Below, in pieces: positions 9,914 to 20,233 of a stretch of 38,805 nucleotides of DNA. The notes under the pieces are model-generated. The model saw only the letters and a program-made list of their open reading frames with translations, made no database searches and was not told where the DNA came from. The position numbers and the translations under genes were made by a program. This DNA comes from Chloroflexota bacterium (GTDB lineage Bacteria; Chloroflexota; Dehalococcoidia; Bin125). The stretch is from assembly GCA_026707335.1 (NCBI GenBank), contig JAPOXB010000054.1:1-38805 (forward strand), read 5' to 3'. Each line of letters opens with the position of its first letter. Position 1 is the stretch's first letter.

Positions 9914-12583
9914 TCACTCGGCGGGCGCGGCGGGAACGGGCAGCCGGAGCACGCGCCGCACGAGCCGCCCGCGCAGCGCCCGCCAGGCGGCGAGGGCCTG
10001 CGCGTGGTGCGACTCCGGCAGCGCCCCGGCCGAGAAGCGTTCGCGGGTGTAGGTGTCGGCCAGGCGGCGCGTGGCCTCCGGGTCGCGCACGGCGTCGCCC
10101 AGCGCGGCCGCGTACTCGCGCGGCGTGTTGGCCGGGTCGACGCGCAGGCCGCCCCAGCGGGACAGGCGCTGCGTCGACGTCCACAAGCGTTCCACGGGCG
10201 TCTGCCCGCGCAACGAGAACTGCCACGCCGCGGCCCCGCTGCCGGTCAGCAGCAGCAGCGCCAGAGCGAGCGCCAGCGGCGCCAGCACCCACCAGGTCAG
10301 GGGATTGAAGCCGGTGTCGCGGGCGAAGCCCTCCTGTTCGAGTTGCTGGCTCAGCTCCTCCAGCGAGAGGAACTCGCCGAACGGGTCCAGCAGCGGGTCG
10401 TACAGCGGACCGGAGTCGCCCAGCAGGTCGGAGGCGAACGGCCGCAGGCGCTGCTCGGCGATGCGCTGCCCCGCGATCCCCGCGAACCCCTCCGTCACCA
10501 CCGGCGGCGTGGGGTCGAAGTCCACCCAACCGTACTCGGGGAAGAACACCTCCACCCAGCTGTAGCCGTGCAGCCCCCGCACGATGAAGGTGCCGGTGCG
10601 CGGATCGAAGTTGTCGTCCGTCAGGACGTAGCCGGTGCTCACGCGGGCGGGGATGCCCAGCGTTCGCAGCAGCACGGCCATCGCGCTGGCGTGGTAGTCG
10701 TAGTAACCGCCGATGGGCAGCCCGTCGGCGTCGCGATTGTCGAACAGCCACCAGGTGACGGCGTCGGTCCGCGCCGGCGGGAGAGCCACGTCGCGCGTGA
10801 AGGGGTACAGCAGCCGCGGCGTCCCGTCCGACCCCAGCAGCACCTCGCCGTCGTCATCGCGCAGCGGCGTGCAGCAGAGATAGCCCTCGATGGCGGCCGC
10901 GGCGTCGTAGCGGGACGCGACCCCGCCGACGATGCTCGCCGCCAGGCTCTCCAGCCGGCCCAGGCTGCGATCGTCGAGGTCGCCCGGCAGTTGCAGATAG
11001 CGCTGGCGCACCCAGAACGGGTACTCGCCGCCCGACCGCCGCAGTTGGTTGATGGAGGCGGACGACACGGAGCCCCTGACCTCGTACGTGAAGCCCGCGC
11101 GCACGGGCTCCGAGGGGTGCACGCGCAGCACGTCCGGCTCCAGCGGCCGGTTCTCCAGGTCCAGCGCCAGCAGCTCGCCGTCGTCGCCGACCTCCGAGCC
11201 CACCGGCACCCAGCCCTCGGGGATCACGTCGGCGGAGAACGATTCCCCGGCCTCCTCGCGGTCCGCGATCTCCCGCGCCACGCCCGCCAGCTCCCGCGGC
11301 GCGGCCGCCGCCGATCCCTCGATGTCGAGCCGGACGGCGCCCGGGGCCGTCTGGTCGATCGTCACCTCGCGGCTGATCTCCCGCGGCAGGCCGAAGGTGA
11401 AGAGAACCCGCGCCGACTGCTCCACCGACACCCGCGCGACCACGTCGCGGCGCGCCTCGTAGACGCTCTCGTCCTCGCCGCCGAAGGAGCCCTGCGAGAC
11501 GGGCTTGGTCGTGACCACCGAACTCTGCTGCCAGCCGCGCGTCGTGTAGTGGTCGTAGCTCGCGCCGCGCAGCAGCCCCACCTCAGGCGCGTCGACGCGC
11601 ACCACGATGCCCTGCCCCGGGTTGATGTCCCCTTGCAGGATGAAGTTGGAACTGAAGCTGTGGATCGGCACGCCCCGCTTGGAGTCGATGCCGCCGAAGA
11701 GGCGCTCCATGTCGAGGCTCAGCTCGTCGAAGGGATCGGCGATGCCGCTCCAGACCGCCGTCAGGGGCTCCACGCGGTCGGGCCGCGGCAGCGCGCGGCT
11801 GACCACGATCAGGGCCAGCACGGCCAGCAGCGTGACGCCCAGGAAGCTCAGGCTGATGAAGTCGGGGAACGGCGTCCCGCGGCTGCGCCAGCGCCCCATC
11901 CGCGCCAGCAGACCGGTGCGCATGACAAGCAGCGCCGCCCCGATCGCGAAGAAGGCGAAGTGCAGATCCCACTGCCGGCCGCCCAGGTAGCTGACGTTCA
12001 CCGCCAGCAGCGTCCCCAGCAGGATCAGCAGCGGCCAGGGATTGCGGCGCCGCAGCACCAGCAGCGTGGCCGGGAAGGTCGCCAGCCAGACGGCCGCGAC
12101 GACGAAGAACACGAACGGCACGTTGTCCGTCGTGATGCCGTCGTTGAAGGCCTGCGTGAACCAGTCCTCCAGGCGGAAGCGCAGGTCGATGAAGCGCTCC
12201 CAGAACCAGGCCTGGCCCGTGAAGTGCTCCATGCCGAGCATCTGCCAGCAAACGACGACCACGCCCAGCGCGAGGCCGATCGCGTAGGCCGCGGTCCAGT
12301 GCAGCCGGCGCGCCGCCAGCGGCACCGCCGCAACCAGCGCCAGCAGGGCCGTGACGCGCACGTCGGGCATGCCGTCGACCCAGTTCGCCGCGTGGATGGA
12401 GTCGGACACGGCGATGATCACCAGCAGCAGGATGCCCAGCGTGACCGCGGCCTCCATCAGGCGCCACGGCCAGCGCTCCTGCGTCGTCTGCTGCTGCCCG
12501 GGCGCGACGGCGCCGCGGATCAACGCGGCCGGCGAGAGGTTCGCCGCGGCGGCGACGTCGGCGAGGGGCAGACGCGAACTCAT
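9914..12583 (-). CDS. Transglutaminase-like (TgpA/DUF3488-DUF4129-type) membrane protein with catalytic Cys and His substituted
   Basis: N-terminal multi-TM region, LRGASYDHYT, ASAMAVLLRTLGIPARVSTGY, WVEVFFPEYGWVDFDPTP, TPREYA C-terminal domain; ATG at 12583 coupled to the DUF58 stop. Confidence 0.88.
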   Translation of the reverse strand: MSSRLPLADVAAAANLSPAALIRGAVAPGQQQTTQERWPWRLMEAAVTLGILLLVIIAVSDSIHAANWVDGMPDVRVTALLALVAAVPLAARRLHWTAAYAIGLALGVVVVCWQMLGMEHFTGQAWFWERFIDLRFRLEDWFTQAFNDGITTDNVPFVFFVVAAVWLATFPATLLVLRRRNPWPLLILLGTLLAVNVSYLGGRQWDLHFAFFAIGAALLVMRTGLLARMGRWRSRGTPFPDFISLSFLGVTLLAVLALIVVSRALPRPDRVEPLTAVWSGIADPFDELSLDMERLFGGIDSKRGVPIHSFSSNFILQGDINPGQGIVVRVDAPEVGLLRGASYDHYTTRGWQQSSVVTTKPVSQGSFGGEDESVYEARRDVVARVSVEQSARVLFTFGLPREISREVTIDQTAPGAVRLDIEGSAAAAPRELAGVAREIADREEAGESFSADVIPEGWVPVGSEVGDDGELLALDLENRPLEPDVLRVHPSEPVRAGFTYEVRGSVSSASINQLRRSGGEYPFWVRQRYLQLPGDLDDRSLGRLESLAASIVGGVASRYDAAAAIEGYLCCTPLRDDDGEVLLGSDGTPRLLYPFTRDVALPPARTDAVTWWLFDNRDADGLPIGGYYDYHASAMAVLLRTLGIPARVSTGYVLTDDNFDPRTGTFIVRGLHGYSWVEVFFPEYGWVDFDPTPPVVTEGFAGIAGQRIAEQRLRPFASDLLGDSGPLYDPLLDPFGEFLSLEELSQQLEQEGFARDTGFNPLTWWVLAPLALALALLLLTGSGAAAWQFSLRGQTPVERLWTSTQRLSRWGGLRVDPANTPREYAAALGDAVRDPEATRRLADTYTRERFSAGALPESHHAQALAAWRALRGRLVRRVLRLPVPAAPAE

Positions 12584-13839
12584 GCCAGCGCCCCCACTCC
12601 GGCGCGGCCCGGCGTGCCCGCCGCGGCGTCGAGCGCCTCCGCCAGGAAGTCGCCCTGCGCGACGAGATTGGTCTGCACGCCCGAGGCGCGCAGGGTCGTC
12701 CACGCCTCCTCACCGCCCGCGCGCCCGCCGAACGAGGCCGCGTCGATCAGCACGGCCGCCACCTGCACGCCGCGCTGGGCCAGCGCGCGGATACCGTCGC
12801 AGGCCCGCCGATCGCTGGCGGCCGTGATCACGATCACCGTCGTGTGCCGCCCCCAGCGGGGCGACTGCTGGGCCAGCAGCGTGGAGATGGGCACGTCGCC
12901 GACGGGCTGCGCTACCGCCAGGTCCTCCAGCATGCGGGTCAGCTGCTGATTGCCCCGGTCGGCGTCGATCAGGCGGAAGCGGTCGGCGAACATCATCATG
13001 CCCACCGATCGGTTCTGCCCCAGGAAGAGCCGCGCGATGGAGGCGGCGGCGGTCACCGCGTACTCCACGGTGGCCTCGTCGTCCGTCCCCGCGTGGTCGC
13101 TGCGGTTCATGTCCAGCACGATCCACAGCTGCGAGGCCGGGTCCAACTCGAACGTCTTCACGTGCAACCGGCCGGTGCGCAGCGTGCTGGGCCAGTGGAT
13201 GCGATTGACGCTGTCGCCGGGGGCGTACTCGCGCAGGCCCGATGCGTTGGGCGTCACGTAGTGGGTGCGGCGGCGGAAGCGCCCCTCGCCGGGCAGGTTG
13301 GCCGGCGGCACGCTGTAGCGGGGCAACTCCTCGGCCCGCGGGTAGACGAGCAACTGCTGCGGCCCGCCGAAGGTCATGCTCTTGTGGAACAGGTCGAAGG
13401 GGTCGCCGGCGCGGACGTGCACCGGGCCCAGCGTGAACAGGCCGCGGCGGCGGCACTCGGTGTCGACGCGCCACTGCCGGCGCGCGCGCCCGCCCAGGCT
13501 GACGACGTGCTCCGCCTGATGCTGCGGCAGGTCCGACTCCTCCTCGACCTCCAGCCAGTACTTGCCCAGGCGCGAGCGGTTGGTGACCTGCAGCTGCTCG
13601 GTGATCGTCTGGCCCACCTGCACCCGCTCCGAGTCGCGGCGCATGCGCACCTGCAAGCCGCGGCTGCTCAGCCAGGTCCACATCGCGGCCGCGATGAGGC
13701 CGAAGAGCAGCAGGTAGCCCAGCCGCAGCGGCAGCCAGAAGTTCGTCGAGAAACCGATGCCGAAGACCACGAGGGTCAGGATGGTGACCAGGGTTAGCGA
13801 TCGCCGCCGGCCGAACGTCGCACCGTAGAACCGGCGCAT
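12580..13839 (-). CDS. DUF58 domain membrane protein
   Basis: Two N-terminal TMs; RRGLFTLGPVHVRAGDPFDLF; LLVYP; LREYAPGDSVNRIHWPSTLRTGRLHVKTFE. Confidence 0.92.
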   Translation of the reverse strand: MRRFYGATFGRRRSLTLVTILTLVVFGIGFSTNFWLPLRLGYLLLFGLIAAAMWTWLSSRGLQVRMRRDSERVQVGQTITEQLQVTNRSRLGKYWLEVEEESDLPQHQAEHVVSLGGRARRQWRVDTECRRRGLFTLGPVHVRAGDPFDLFHKSMTFGGPQQLLVYPRAEELPRYSVPPANLPGEGRFRRRTHYVTPNASGLREYAPGDSVNRIHWPSTLRTGRLHVKTFELDPASQLWIVLDMNRSDHAGTDDEATVEYAVTAAASIARLFLGQNRSVGMMMFADRFRLIDADRGNQQLTRMLEDLAVAQPVGDVPISTLLAQQSPRWGRHTTVIVITAASDRRACDGIRALAQRGVQVAAVLIDAASFGGRAGGEEAWTTLRASGVQTNLVAQGDFLAEALDAAAGTPGRAGVGALA

Positions 13840-13846
13840 GCCGCGC

Positions 13847-14800
13847 TCAACTCACACCCACCCGCGCGCCCGGGACGGGCACCCGGTCCAGCACGTCCTC
13901 CACCACCGTCAGCGAACTCACGCTGCGCACCTGCGCCGAGGGGCTGATGATGATGCGGTGCCCCAGCGTCGAGTAGGCCAGCTCTTTGACGTCGTCGGGC
14001 GTGACGTAGTCCCGGCCGGCGAGCAGCGCGGCGGCCTGCGAGGTGCGGAACAGCGCCAGCGACCCCCGCGGCGACGCCCCCAGGTAGGCCGCGTCGTGCT
14101 GCCGCGTCGCCGAGGAGATCTCCACGATGTACTGCTTGATCAGCGGGTCGACCCAGACGGCCCGCACGGCCTCCTGCAGGCCGTTCAGCGCCTCCGGGTC
14201 GGTCACCGCCTCCAGCGAGTCGATCGGGTGGGCCGTCTGCTGCCCCTCCAGCACGGCGATCTCATCGTGCGATTCGGGGTAGCCCAGGTGGATGCGCATC
14301 AGGAAGCGGTCCAACTGCGCTTCGGGCAGCGGGAAGGTGCCCTCGTACTCGATCGGGTTCTGAGTCGCCATGACCATGAACGGGCGGGGCAGCTCGCGCG
14401 TCACCCCGTCGGTCGTGATCTGGCGCTCCTCCATCGCTTCCAACAGCGCCGACTGCGTCTTGGGCGTGGCCCGGTTGATCTCGTCGGCCAGGGCGATCTG
14501 GGCGTAGATGGGGCCCGGCCGCCACTCGAAGTCGCCCGACTTCTGGTTGTAGATCGAGACGCCGGTCACGTCCGACGGCAGCAGGTCGGGCGTGAACTGG
14601 ATGCGGCTGAAGCCGCAGCCCGTCGAGACGGCCAGCGCCCGGGCCAGCATCGTCTTGCCGGTGCCGGGCACGTCCTCGACCAGCAGGTGCCCGTCGCTGG
14701 CCAGAGCCAGCACCGCGCGCCGCACCTCGGCCGACTTGCCCAGGATGACGCGCTCGACGTTGGTCGTGATTTCACGCAGCGTGGCCTGCGGATCGTCCAT
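13847..14800 (-). CDS. moxR: MoxR-family AAA+ ATPase (second paralogue)
   Basis: [64 protein letters not shown]; start taken at MDDPQ. Confidence 0.95.
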   Translation of the reverse strand: MDDPQATLREITTNVERVILGKSAEVRRAVLALASDGHLLVEDVPGTGKTMLARALAVSTGCGFSRIQFTPDLLPSDVTGVSIYNQKSGDFEWRPGPIYAQIALADEINRATPKTQSALLEAMEERQITTDGVTRELPRPFMVMATQNPIEYEGTFPLPEAQLDRFLMRIHLGYPESHDEIAVLEGQQTAHPIDSLEAVTDPEALNGLQEAVRAVWVDPLIKQYIVEISSATRQHDAAYLGASPRGSLALFRTSQAAALLAGRDYVTPDDVKELAYSTLGHRIIISPSAQVRSVSSLTVVEDVLDRVPVPGARVGVS

Positions 14801-14837
14801 CCGAACCCCCTGCTCCCCTAGCCCGCGAGCGGAGCCG

Positions 14838-14846
14838 AGCATAGCA
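14838..14846 (-). promoter_or_regulatory. Putative extended -10 promoter of the moxR-DUF58-TGase operon
   Basis: Minus strand TG-C-TATGCT in the divergent intergenic region. Confidence 0.45.
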
Positions 14847-14937
14847 GTACGGCGCGCCTGAGGCCCGGCGCGCTCCTCGGTCCGCCGTTGTGACTACGCG
14901 CGCCGCCTCTATCCTGGATCTGTCGGCGGGACCAGGG

Positions 14938-16089
14938 ATGAGCGCAGCCGTGTCCCCACGCCGGCTCGCCGGCCTCGCACTCCTCGCGCTGTGCGGCGCC
15001 CTCCTCGCGAGCGCCTGCTTCATCGACGGGACGGGCGTCGGCCCTTCGCCCGACGATCCACCGGCCGCCGCCGAGGCCCAGCCCGCCGCGTCCGCGGAGA
15101 GCGCCCCCCGGCAGGGAACCGCCGCTGGCCTGGCGCCCGAGGCCCGCAGCGACCCCGCCGAGACGACCGACGCGCCCGCCGACGCGTCATCCCCGCCCGA
15201 GGCTCAGCCCGCAGCGGAGCCCGCGCCCGCGCTCCACGCGGCGATCTTCGTGGAGCCGCGGGAGGTCCGCCCCGGCGAGGTCTTCGTCGTCGCGGTCGAT
15301 GCGACGAACGCCTCGGCGGCCTCGGTGGCGCTGGGCGGACAGTTCGTGTCGCTCGCCCGCGAGGGCGACCGCTTCTACACGATCCTGCCCGTCGCATTCG
15401 CGCAGCCGGCGGGACCGCTGCCGATCATCGTGGCCGTCGCCGACATGAACGGCGGCCTCGCCGTGCAGCAGTTGATCGAGGTGCAGGTCCAGGCGGGCGA
15501 GTTCCCCGTGGAGCCCGTGCAGCTCGACCCGGCGCTGTCGCGGCTGCTGGACCCGGACGTCGTGGCCGAGGATCGCGCCGTGCGCGAATCGGTGCAGCGC
15601 GTGCGCTCGCCCGAGCGCCTCTGGGACGGGTACTTCCGCGAGCCGACCCAGGGGGTGCTCACCTCGACCTTCGGGTTGCTGCGGTCGTACAACGGCGCCG
15701 ACCCGACGGACTACCACAGCGGCCTCGACTTCGCCGCGCCGCGCGGCACCGACGTCGTCGCGGCGAACGCCGGCGTCGTCGCCTGGACCGGCGAAACCGA
15801 GCGGCGGGGGCGCGGCGTGATCATCGATCACGGGCACGGCGTGTTCAGCAGCTACTGGCACCTCGCCGTGGTCGACGCGACGCCGGGGACGCCGGTCGCG
15901 CCCGGCACGATCATCGGCCGGGTGGGCAACACGGGACTCTCCACCGGCTCCCACCTGCACTGGGAGATCACCGTGTACGGCGTGCCCGTCGACCCGCTGC
16001 CCTGGCTGCGGGAGCTCGAAGTCCCCGACCCCCTGGCCCGGTTCGACCCCGCGCGGGCGGTCAATGCCGGGCCCGCGGCGTCCCCCTGA
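14938..16089 (+). CDS. M23-family metallopeptidase lipoprotein
   Basis: Lipobox LLASAC; YHSGLDF (HxxxD); IIDHGHG; GNTGLSTGSHLHWE (HxH). Confidence 0.9.
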   Translation: MSAAVSPRRLAGLALLALCGALLASACFIDGTGVGPSPDDPPAAAEAQPAASAESAPRQGTAAGLAPEARSDPAETTDAPADASSPPEAQPAAEPAPALHAAIFVEPREVRPGEVFVVAVDATNASAASVALGGQFVSLAREGDRFYTILPVAFAQPAGPLPIIVAVADMNGGLAVQQLIEVQVQAGEFPVEPVQLDPALSRLLDPDVVAEDRAVRESVQRVRSPERLWDGYFREPTQGVLTSTFGLLRSYNGADPTDYHSGLDFAAPRGTDVVAANAGVVAWTGETERRGRGVIIDHGHGVFSSYWHLAVVDATPGTPVAPGTIIGRVGNTGLSTGSHLHWEITVYGVPVDPLPWLRELEVPDPLARFDPARAVNAGPAASP

Positions 16090-16169
16090 CCGGATCGGGA
16101 GAGGGAAGCCGAGTACCATGGGATCGGGCGGCGGCGCGAAGCGCGCGCCGCTCCGCCCCGGGCCGGCCC

Positions 16170-17288
16170 ATGTGCATCCCCACGACGACCGCCCGCCACC
16201 GCGCCCTGCGCCGCTTCAGCCGGCGCAGGCTGCTGGGCGCGCTCGGGGGGGCGGGCGCGGGCCTGCTCCTGGCCGCCTGCAGCGGCGGCGAGGACGAGCC
16301 CGGCGTCACCGTCGATGTGCCGGGCGACGACGACCCGGCCGAAGAGCCGATGGCGGAGGCGGCGGCGCAGGCGGAGGGGGCCGACGACGAGGCGCAGAGC
16401 GCGGCCGAGGAAGAGTCGCCGGGGCTGGAGGCCGAGCCGCTGATCTGGGTCGAGCCGCGCGAGGTGCAGCAGGGCGCGGCCTTCATCGTCGCGAGCGACG
16501 CCCCGGGGGCGGGATTCGCCTCGGTCGCCTTCGGCGGCCAGATCCTCTCCATGCAGCGGGAGGGGTCGCGCTTCTACGCCATCCTCGGCATCGACGCGCT
16601 GGCGCCCGTCGGCCCGATCCCGCTGATCATCTCCATCGCCGACGGGGCCGGCGACCCGGCCGTGCAGCGCGAGACCCTGATCGCGGTGCGGGACTCCGAG
16701 TGGCAGACCGAGGTCGTCCAACTGGACGAGGAGAACCGCTCCCTGCTCGACCCGAACGTCACCCGGCAGGACACGGAGACGCGCGGGCCGTTCCTGCGCA
16801 GCCGCAGCAGCGACCGCTTCTGGCACGACATCTTCGACCCGCCCGCCGCCGGCGTGATCACCTCGGGCTACGGGCTGCTGCGCTCGTACAACTACCGCCC
16901 GCCCAGCGAGTACCACGCCGGCGTCGATTTCGCCGGCGCCGTCGGCGACACGATCGTCGCGCCGAGCGGCGGCGTCGTGCTCTGGGGCGGCCAGACGCAG
17001 CGCCGGGGCAACGGCCTGATCGTCGATCACGGCGCCGGCGTCACGTCGGGCTACTACCACCTGTCCGACTTCGCCGTCACGCCCGGGCAGGTCGTGCAGC
17101 CGGGCCAGTTCCTCGCCCGGATGGGCGCGACCGGCCTGGCGACGGGGCCCCACCTGCACTGGGAGATCGTCGTGCAGGGCGTGACGGTGAACCCGGTGCA
17201 GTGGATCCGCACGCTGGGCTTCCCGAGCCCCACACAGGAATTCGACCCGCTCGACGCCCTACCGGCCCGGCTCGAGATCCCCGGCTGA
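16170..17288 (+). CDS. M23-family metallopeptidase with Tat-type lipoprotein signal
   Basis: SRRRLL twin-arginine motif plus LLAAC lipobox; YHAGVDF; GATGLATGPHLHWE; clear paralogue of the upstream gene (3' part of ORF 14991-17288). Confidence 0.9.
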   Translation: MCIPTTTARHRALRRFSRRRLLGALGGAGAGLLLAACSGGEDEPGVTVDVPGDDDPAEEPMAEAAAQAEGADDEAQSAAEEESPGLEAEPLIWVEPREVQQGAAFIVASDAPGAGFASVAFGGQILSMQREGSRFYAILGIDALAPVGPIPLIISIADGAGDPAVQRETLIAVRDSEWQTEVVQLDEENRSLLDPNVTRQDTETRGPFLRSRSSDRFWHDIFDPPAAGVITSGYGLLRSYNYRPPSEYHAGVDFAGAVGDTIVAPSGGVVLWGGQTQRRGNGLIVDHGAGVTSGYYHLSDFAVTPGQVVQPGQFLARMGATGLATGPHLHWEIVVQGVTVNPVQWIRTLGFPSPTQEFDPLDALPARLEIPG

Positions 17289-17316
17289 CGCCCACGGCGG
17301 CGCCATCGTGGGGGCG

Positions 17317-18120
17317 CTAGCGCGGCGGCGGATCGCGGCGCGGGGAGGGCTGCGGCAGCGTGCGCAGCGCCAGCGCCGTCTGCACGACGGCGAGCGCCAC
17401 CATGCCGGCGGTCTCGGCGCGCAGCGGCCGCGGACCCAGGGTGACCGGCGCCCAGCCGCCGTCGGCGGCGGCCTGGGCCTCCTCGGCGCTGAACCCCCCC
17501 TCCGGCCCCACGACGATCTGCACGGTGTGCAGGTTGGGCACGTGCGCCGCCGCGTCGGGGATGGTGCGCTCCGGCTCCAGCGCCGAGGACATCACCCGCA
17601 GCGTGCCCGGCTCCACCGGCTCCGACAGCAGGTCGAGTACCTCGATCGGCTCGTGCACGGCCGGGCGCTGCTCGCGGCGGCACTGCTCGGCCGCCTCGGT
17701 GATCAGCCGCTTCCAGCGGCCCAGGCGCTCGCTGCTCTTGCCCCGCGTCAGCGAGCGCGCCGCCCGCACCGGGCGGATCTCCGACGCCCCCAGCTCCGTC
17801 GCCTTCTCGACCAGCAGGTCGAAGCGCTGGGGGCGGATCAGGCTGGGGCAGAGTTCGATGCGGGGCGGCGGATCGGGCCGGGTGGGACGGGAGTGCAGGA
17901 TCTGCGTCTGCACCGTGTCCCGCGTCACGCGGCTGACCTCCACCTCGTGCAGCGCCTCGGCGTGGATCACCTCCAGCCGATCGCCGCGCCGCAGCCGCAG
18001 CACGCGCCCCAGCCGTCGCACCAGCGATCCCTGGATCAGCAGGCGCGCGCCATCGATCGCGGCCGGGTCATCCACGAAGACCCGCGGGACGAATGACTTC
18101 GAGGCCGCGCCACTCACCAT
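17317..18120 (-). CDS. rsmE: 16S rRNA m3U1498 methyltransferase
   Basis: RVLRLRRGD, VEKATELGA, EAAEQC, VVGPEGGFS..E, LGPRPLRAETA. Confidence 0.95.
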   Translation of the reverse strand: MVSGAASKSFVPRVFVDDPAAIDGARLLIQGSLVRRLGRVLRLRRGDRLEVIHAEALHEVEVSRVTRDTVQTQILHSRPTRPDPPPRIELCPSLIRPQRFDLLVEKATELGASEIRPVRAARSLTRGKSSERLGRWKRLITEAAEQCRREQRPAVHEPIEVLDLLSEPVEPGTLRVMSSALEPERTIPDAAAHVPNLHTVQIVVGPEGGFSAEEAQAAADGGWAPVTLGPRPLRAETAGMVALAVVQTALALRTLPQPSPRRDPPPR

Positions 18121-19063
18121 CGCTGTGCACCTCCGACGGCCGCAGCGGCTGCCCGCCCATGGTCGTGCCCGCGAGGGCGTTTGTCACGCGTGAGAACTGC
18201 GGCGCGATGATGCCGCCCAGCAGGCAGCGGCCCCCGGGCCGCACGCCGGCGAGCAGCGCCGGCAGGACCCGCACGATCACGCCGGCCCTGATGTTCGCCA
18301 CGACCACATCGTACGGCGCGCCGCCGATCGGTGGGGCGTCGGCCTGGGCCACGGTCACGCCGTCGAGGCCGTTCAGCGCGACGTTGCGCCGCGCCGCGGC
18401 CACCGCTTGCGGATCGAGGTCGAGCGCCAGCACCGCGGTCGCGCCCAGCCGGGCGGCGGCGCAGGCCAGCACGCCCGACCCCGTCCCGAAGTCGAGCACC
18501 CGGTCGCCCGGACGGACGGTCCGCTCCAGCGCGGCCAGGGCCATCCGCGTCGTGGGATGGTCGCCCGTCCCGAAGGCCAGCCCCGGCTCCAGGTCGACGA
18601 CGACCTCGCCCGCCCGCGGCGTCTCGGCGCTGGGCCGCGGTCGCAGCAGCAGCCGGCCGATGCGCAGCGGCCGCAGATGGCGATGGAAGGCCGTCTCCCA
18701 CTGCGAGCGTCGCAGCGCCTCGAACCGCAGCCGGTCGGCGTCCGCGCCGCGCCCGGCGTCCCGCAGCAGCCGCCGCAGCCGCGCCAGCGCGTCGTCGAAC
18801 CGCGCTGCTGCCACATAGCACCGCACCGACGGCTGCGTCGCGGCGGGCGGCCCGTCCGGTGGCGGCGCGACCGGCGCCACGTCCGCCGGCTGCCGGACCG
18901 GCCACTCGACGACGACTCCCGCCGGGGTCACCCGCTCGAACAGGGCCGCCACCGGCTCCACCTCGCCGGCGGGCACGGCCAGCGAGATCCGCCACCACGC
19001 CTCCTCTGCGACGGGGGAGACGGGCGCGCCGCCGGCGTCGCCGGGGTCAGGCGCCGAACGCAT
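18068..19063 (-). CDS. prmA: Ribosomal protein L11 methyltransferase
   Basis: [42 protein letters not shown]; lies after dnaJ; exact start uncertain. Confidence 0.93.
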   Translation of the reverse strand: MRSAPDPGDAGGAPVSPVAEEAWWRISLAVPAGEVEPVAALFERVTPAGVVVEWPVRQPADVAPVAPPPDGPPAATQPSVRCYVAAARFDDALARLRRLLRDAGRGADADRLRFEALRRSQWETAFHRHLRPLRIGRLLLRPRPSAETPRAGEVVVDLEPGLAFGTGDHPTTRMALAALERTVRPGDRVLDFGTGSGVLACAAARLGATAVLALDLDPQAVAAARRNVALNGLDGVTVAQADAPPIGGAPYDVVVANIRAGVIVRVLPALLAGVRPGGRCLLGGIIAPQFSRVTNALAGTTMGGQPLRPSEVHSDGEWRGLEVIRPAGLRG

Positions 19064-20162
19064 CCTTGATTCGCGAGAAGAAGCCGCGGCCGTTGCTCCG
19101 CGTGGCCTCGTCGAGCACGCCATCGAGTTGCTCGAAGAGGTCGCGCTGGGCGGCGCTCAGCTTCGTCGGCACCTGCACATCGACGCCGACCAGCAGGTCG
19201 CCGCGCGAGCGGCCGCGCAGGTGCGGCACGCCGCGCTTGCGGATGCGGAAGACGGACCCAGCCTGCGTGCCGGCGGGGATCTCCAGCTCCTCCGCGGGGT
19301 CATCGAGGGTAGGCACCTCGACCGCCGTGCCCAGCGCGGCCTGGGCCACCGTGATCGGCATCGTCACGCGCAGGTCGTCGCCGTCGCGCTCGAAGAGGTC
19401 GTGCGGCCGGACGCGGAAGTCGACGTAGAGGTTGCCGCGCGGACCGCCGCGCTGTCCCGCGTCGCCCTCGCCGCTGAGCCGCATCTGGGAGCCGTTATCG
19501 ACGCCGCCCGGCACCTTGACCTGCAGCCGCCGGTTGCGGCGCTCGCGCCCCAGCCCGCCGCAGTTGCCGCAGGGGTGCGTCACGATCGACCCCTCGCCGG
19601 CGCAGCGATCGCAGGCGGAGACGTTGACGAACTGGCCGAAGACGCTGCGCTGGACGCGGCGCACCTCGCCGCTGCCCTGGCACTGCGGGCAGGCCTCGGG
19701 CGGCTGGCCGGGCTCGTGGCCGGCGCCGCCGCAGACCGTGCAGTCCTCCAACCGGCTGACGCGGATCTCCTTCTCGACGCCGAAGACGGCCTCCTCGAAC
19801 TTGAGCTCCTGGCGCAGGCGCAGATCGTCGCCGCGGATGGGGCCGCGCGACGCGCCGCGGCCGCCGAAGAACGCATCGAAGATGTCGCCGAAGCCGCCGA
19901 AGTCGAACCCCTCGAAGCCGCGCGACGGGCCGAAGTCGGCGTTCGGCCCGTACTGGTCGTAGCGCGCCCGCTTCTCGGGGTCAGAGAGGATCTCGTAGGC
20001 CTCGCCGACCTCCTTGAAGCGCTCGGTCGCGTCGGCCGCCTTGTTGCGGTCGGGGTGGTACTGCATCGCCAGCTTGCGGAAGGCGCCCTTGATCTCCTCC
20101 GCCGTGGCGGAGCGATCGACGCCGAGCACTTCGTAGAAGTCGCGCTTGCTGGCGGCGGCCAT
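19047..20162 (-). CDS. dnaJ: Chaperone DnaJ
   Basis: J-domain with HPD, G/F-rich region, four CxxCxGxG zinc-finger repeats. Confidence 0.98.
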   Translation of the reverse strand: MAAASKRDFYEVLGVDRSATAEEIKGAFRKLAMQYHPDRNKAADATERFKEVGEAYEILSDPEKRARYDQYGPNADFGPSRGFEGFDFGGFGDIFDAFFGGRGASRGPIRGDDLRLRQELKFEEAVFGVEKEIRVSRLEDCTVCGGAGHEPGQPPEACPQCQGSGEVRRVQRSVFGQFVNVSACDRCAGEGSIVTHPCGNCGGLGRERRNRRLQVKVPGGVDNGSQMRLSGEGDAGQRGGPRGNLYVDFRVRPHDLFERDGDDLRVTMPITVAQAALGTAVEVPTLDDPAEELEIPAGTQAGSVFRIRKRGVPHLRGRSRGDLLVGVDVQVPTKLSAAQRDLFEQLDGVLDEATRSNGRGFFSRIKDAFGA

Positions 20163-20233
20163 GATTCGCAATCGTAGCGGAGCGGCGCGAGCGGGCCCCG
20201 CCGCCGCTCAGCCGATCCGCGGCCCGGCGGTCG

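Noticed and set aside
14991-16169. Apparent long N-terminal extension of the second M23 gene
   Set aside because: An off-frame shadow of the first M23 gene; the real protein starts at the Tat/lipoprotein signal near 16170
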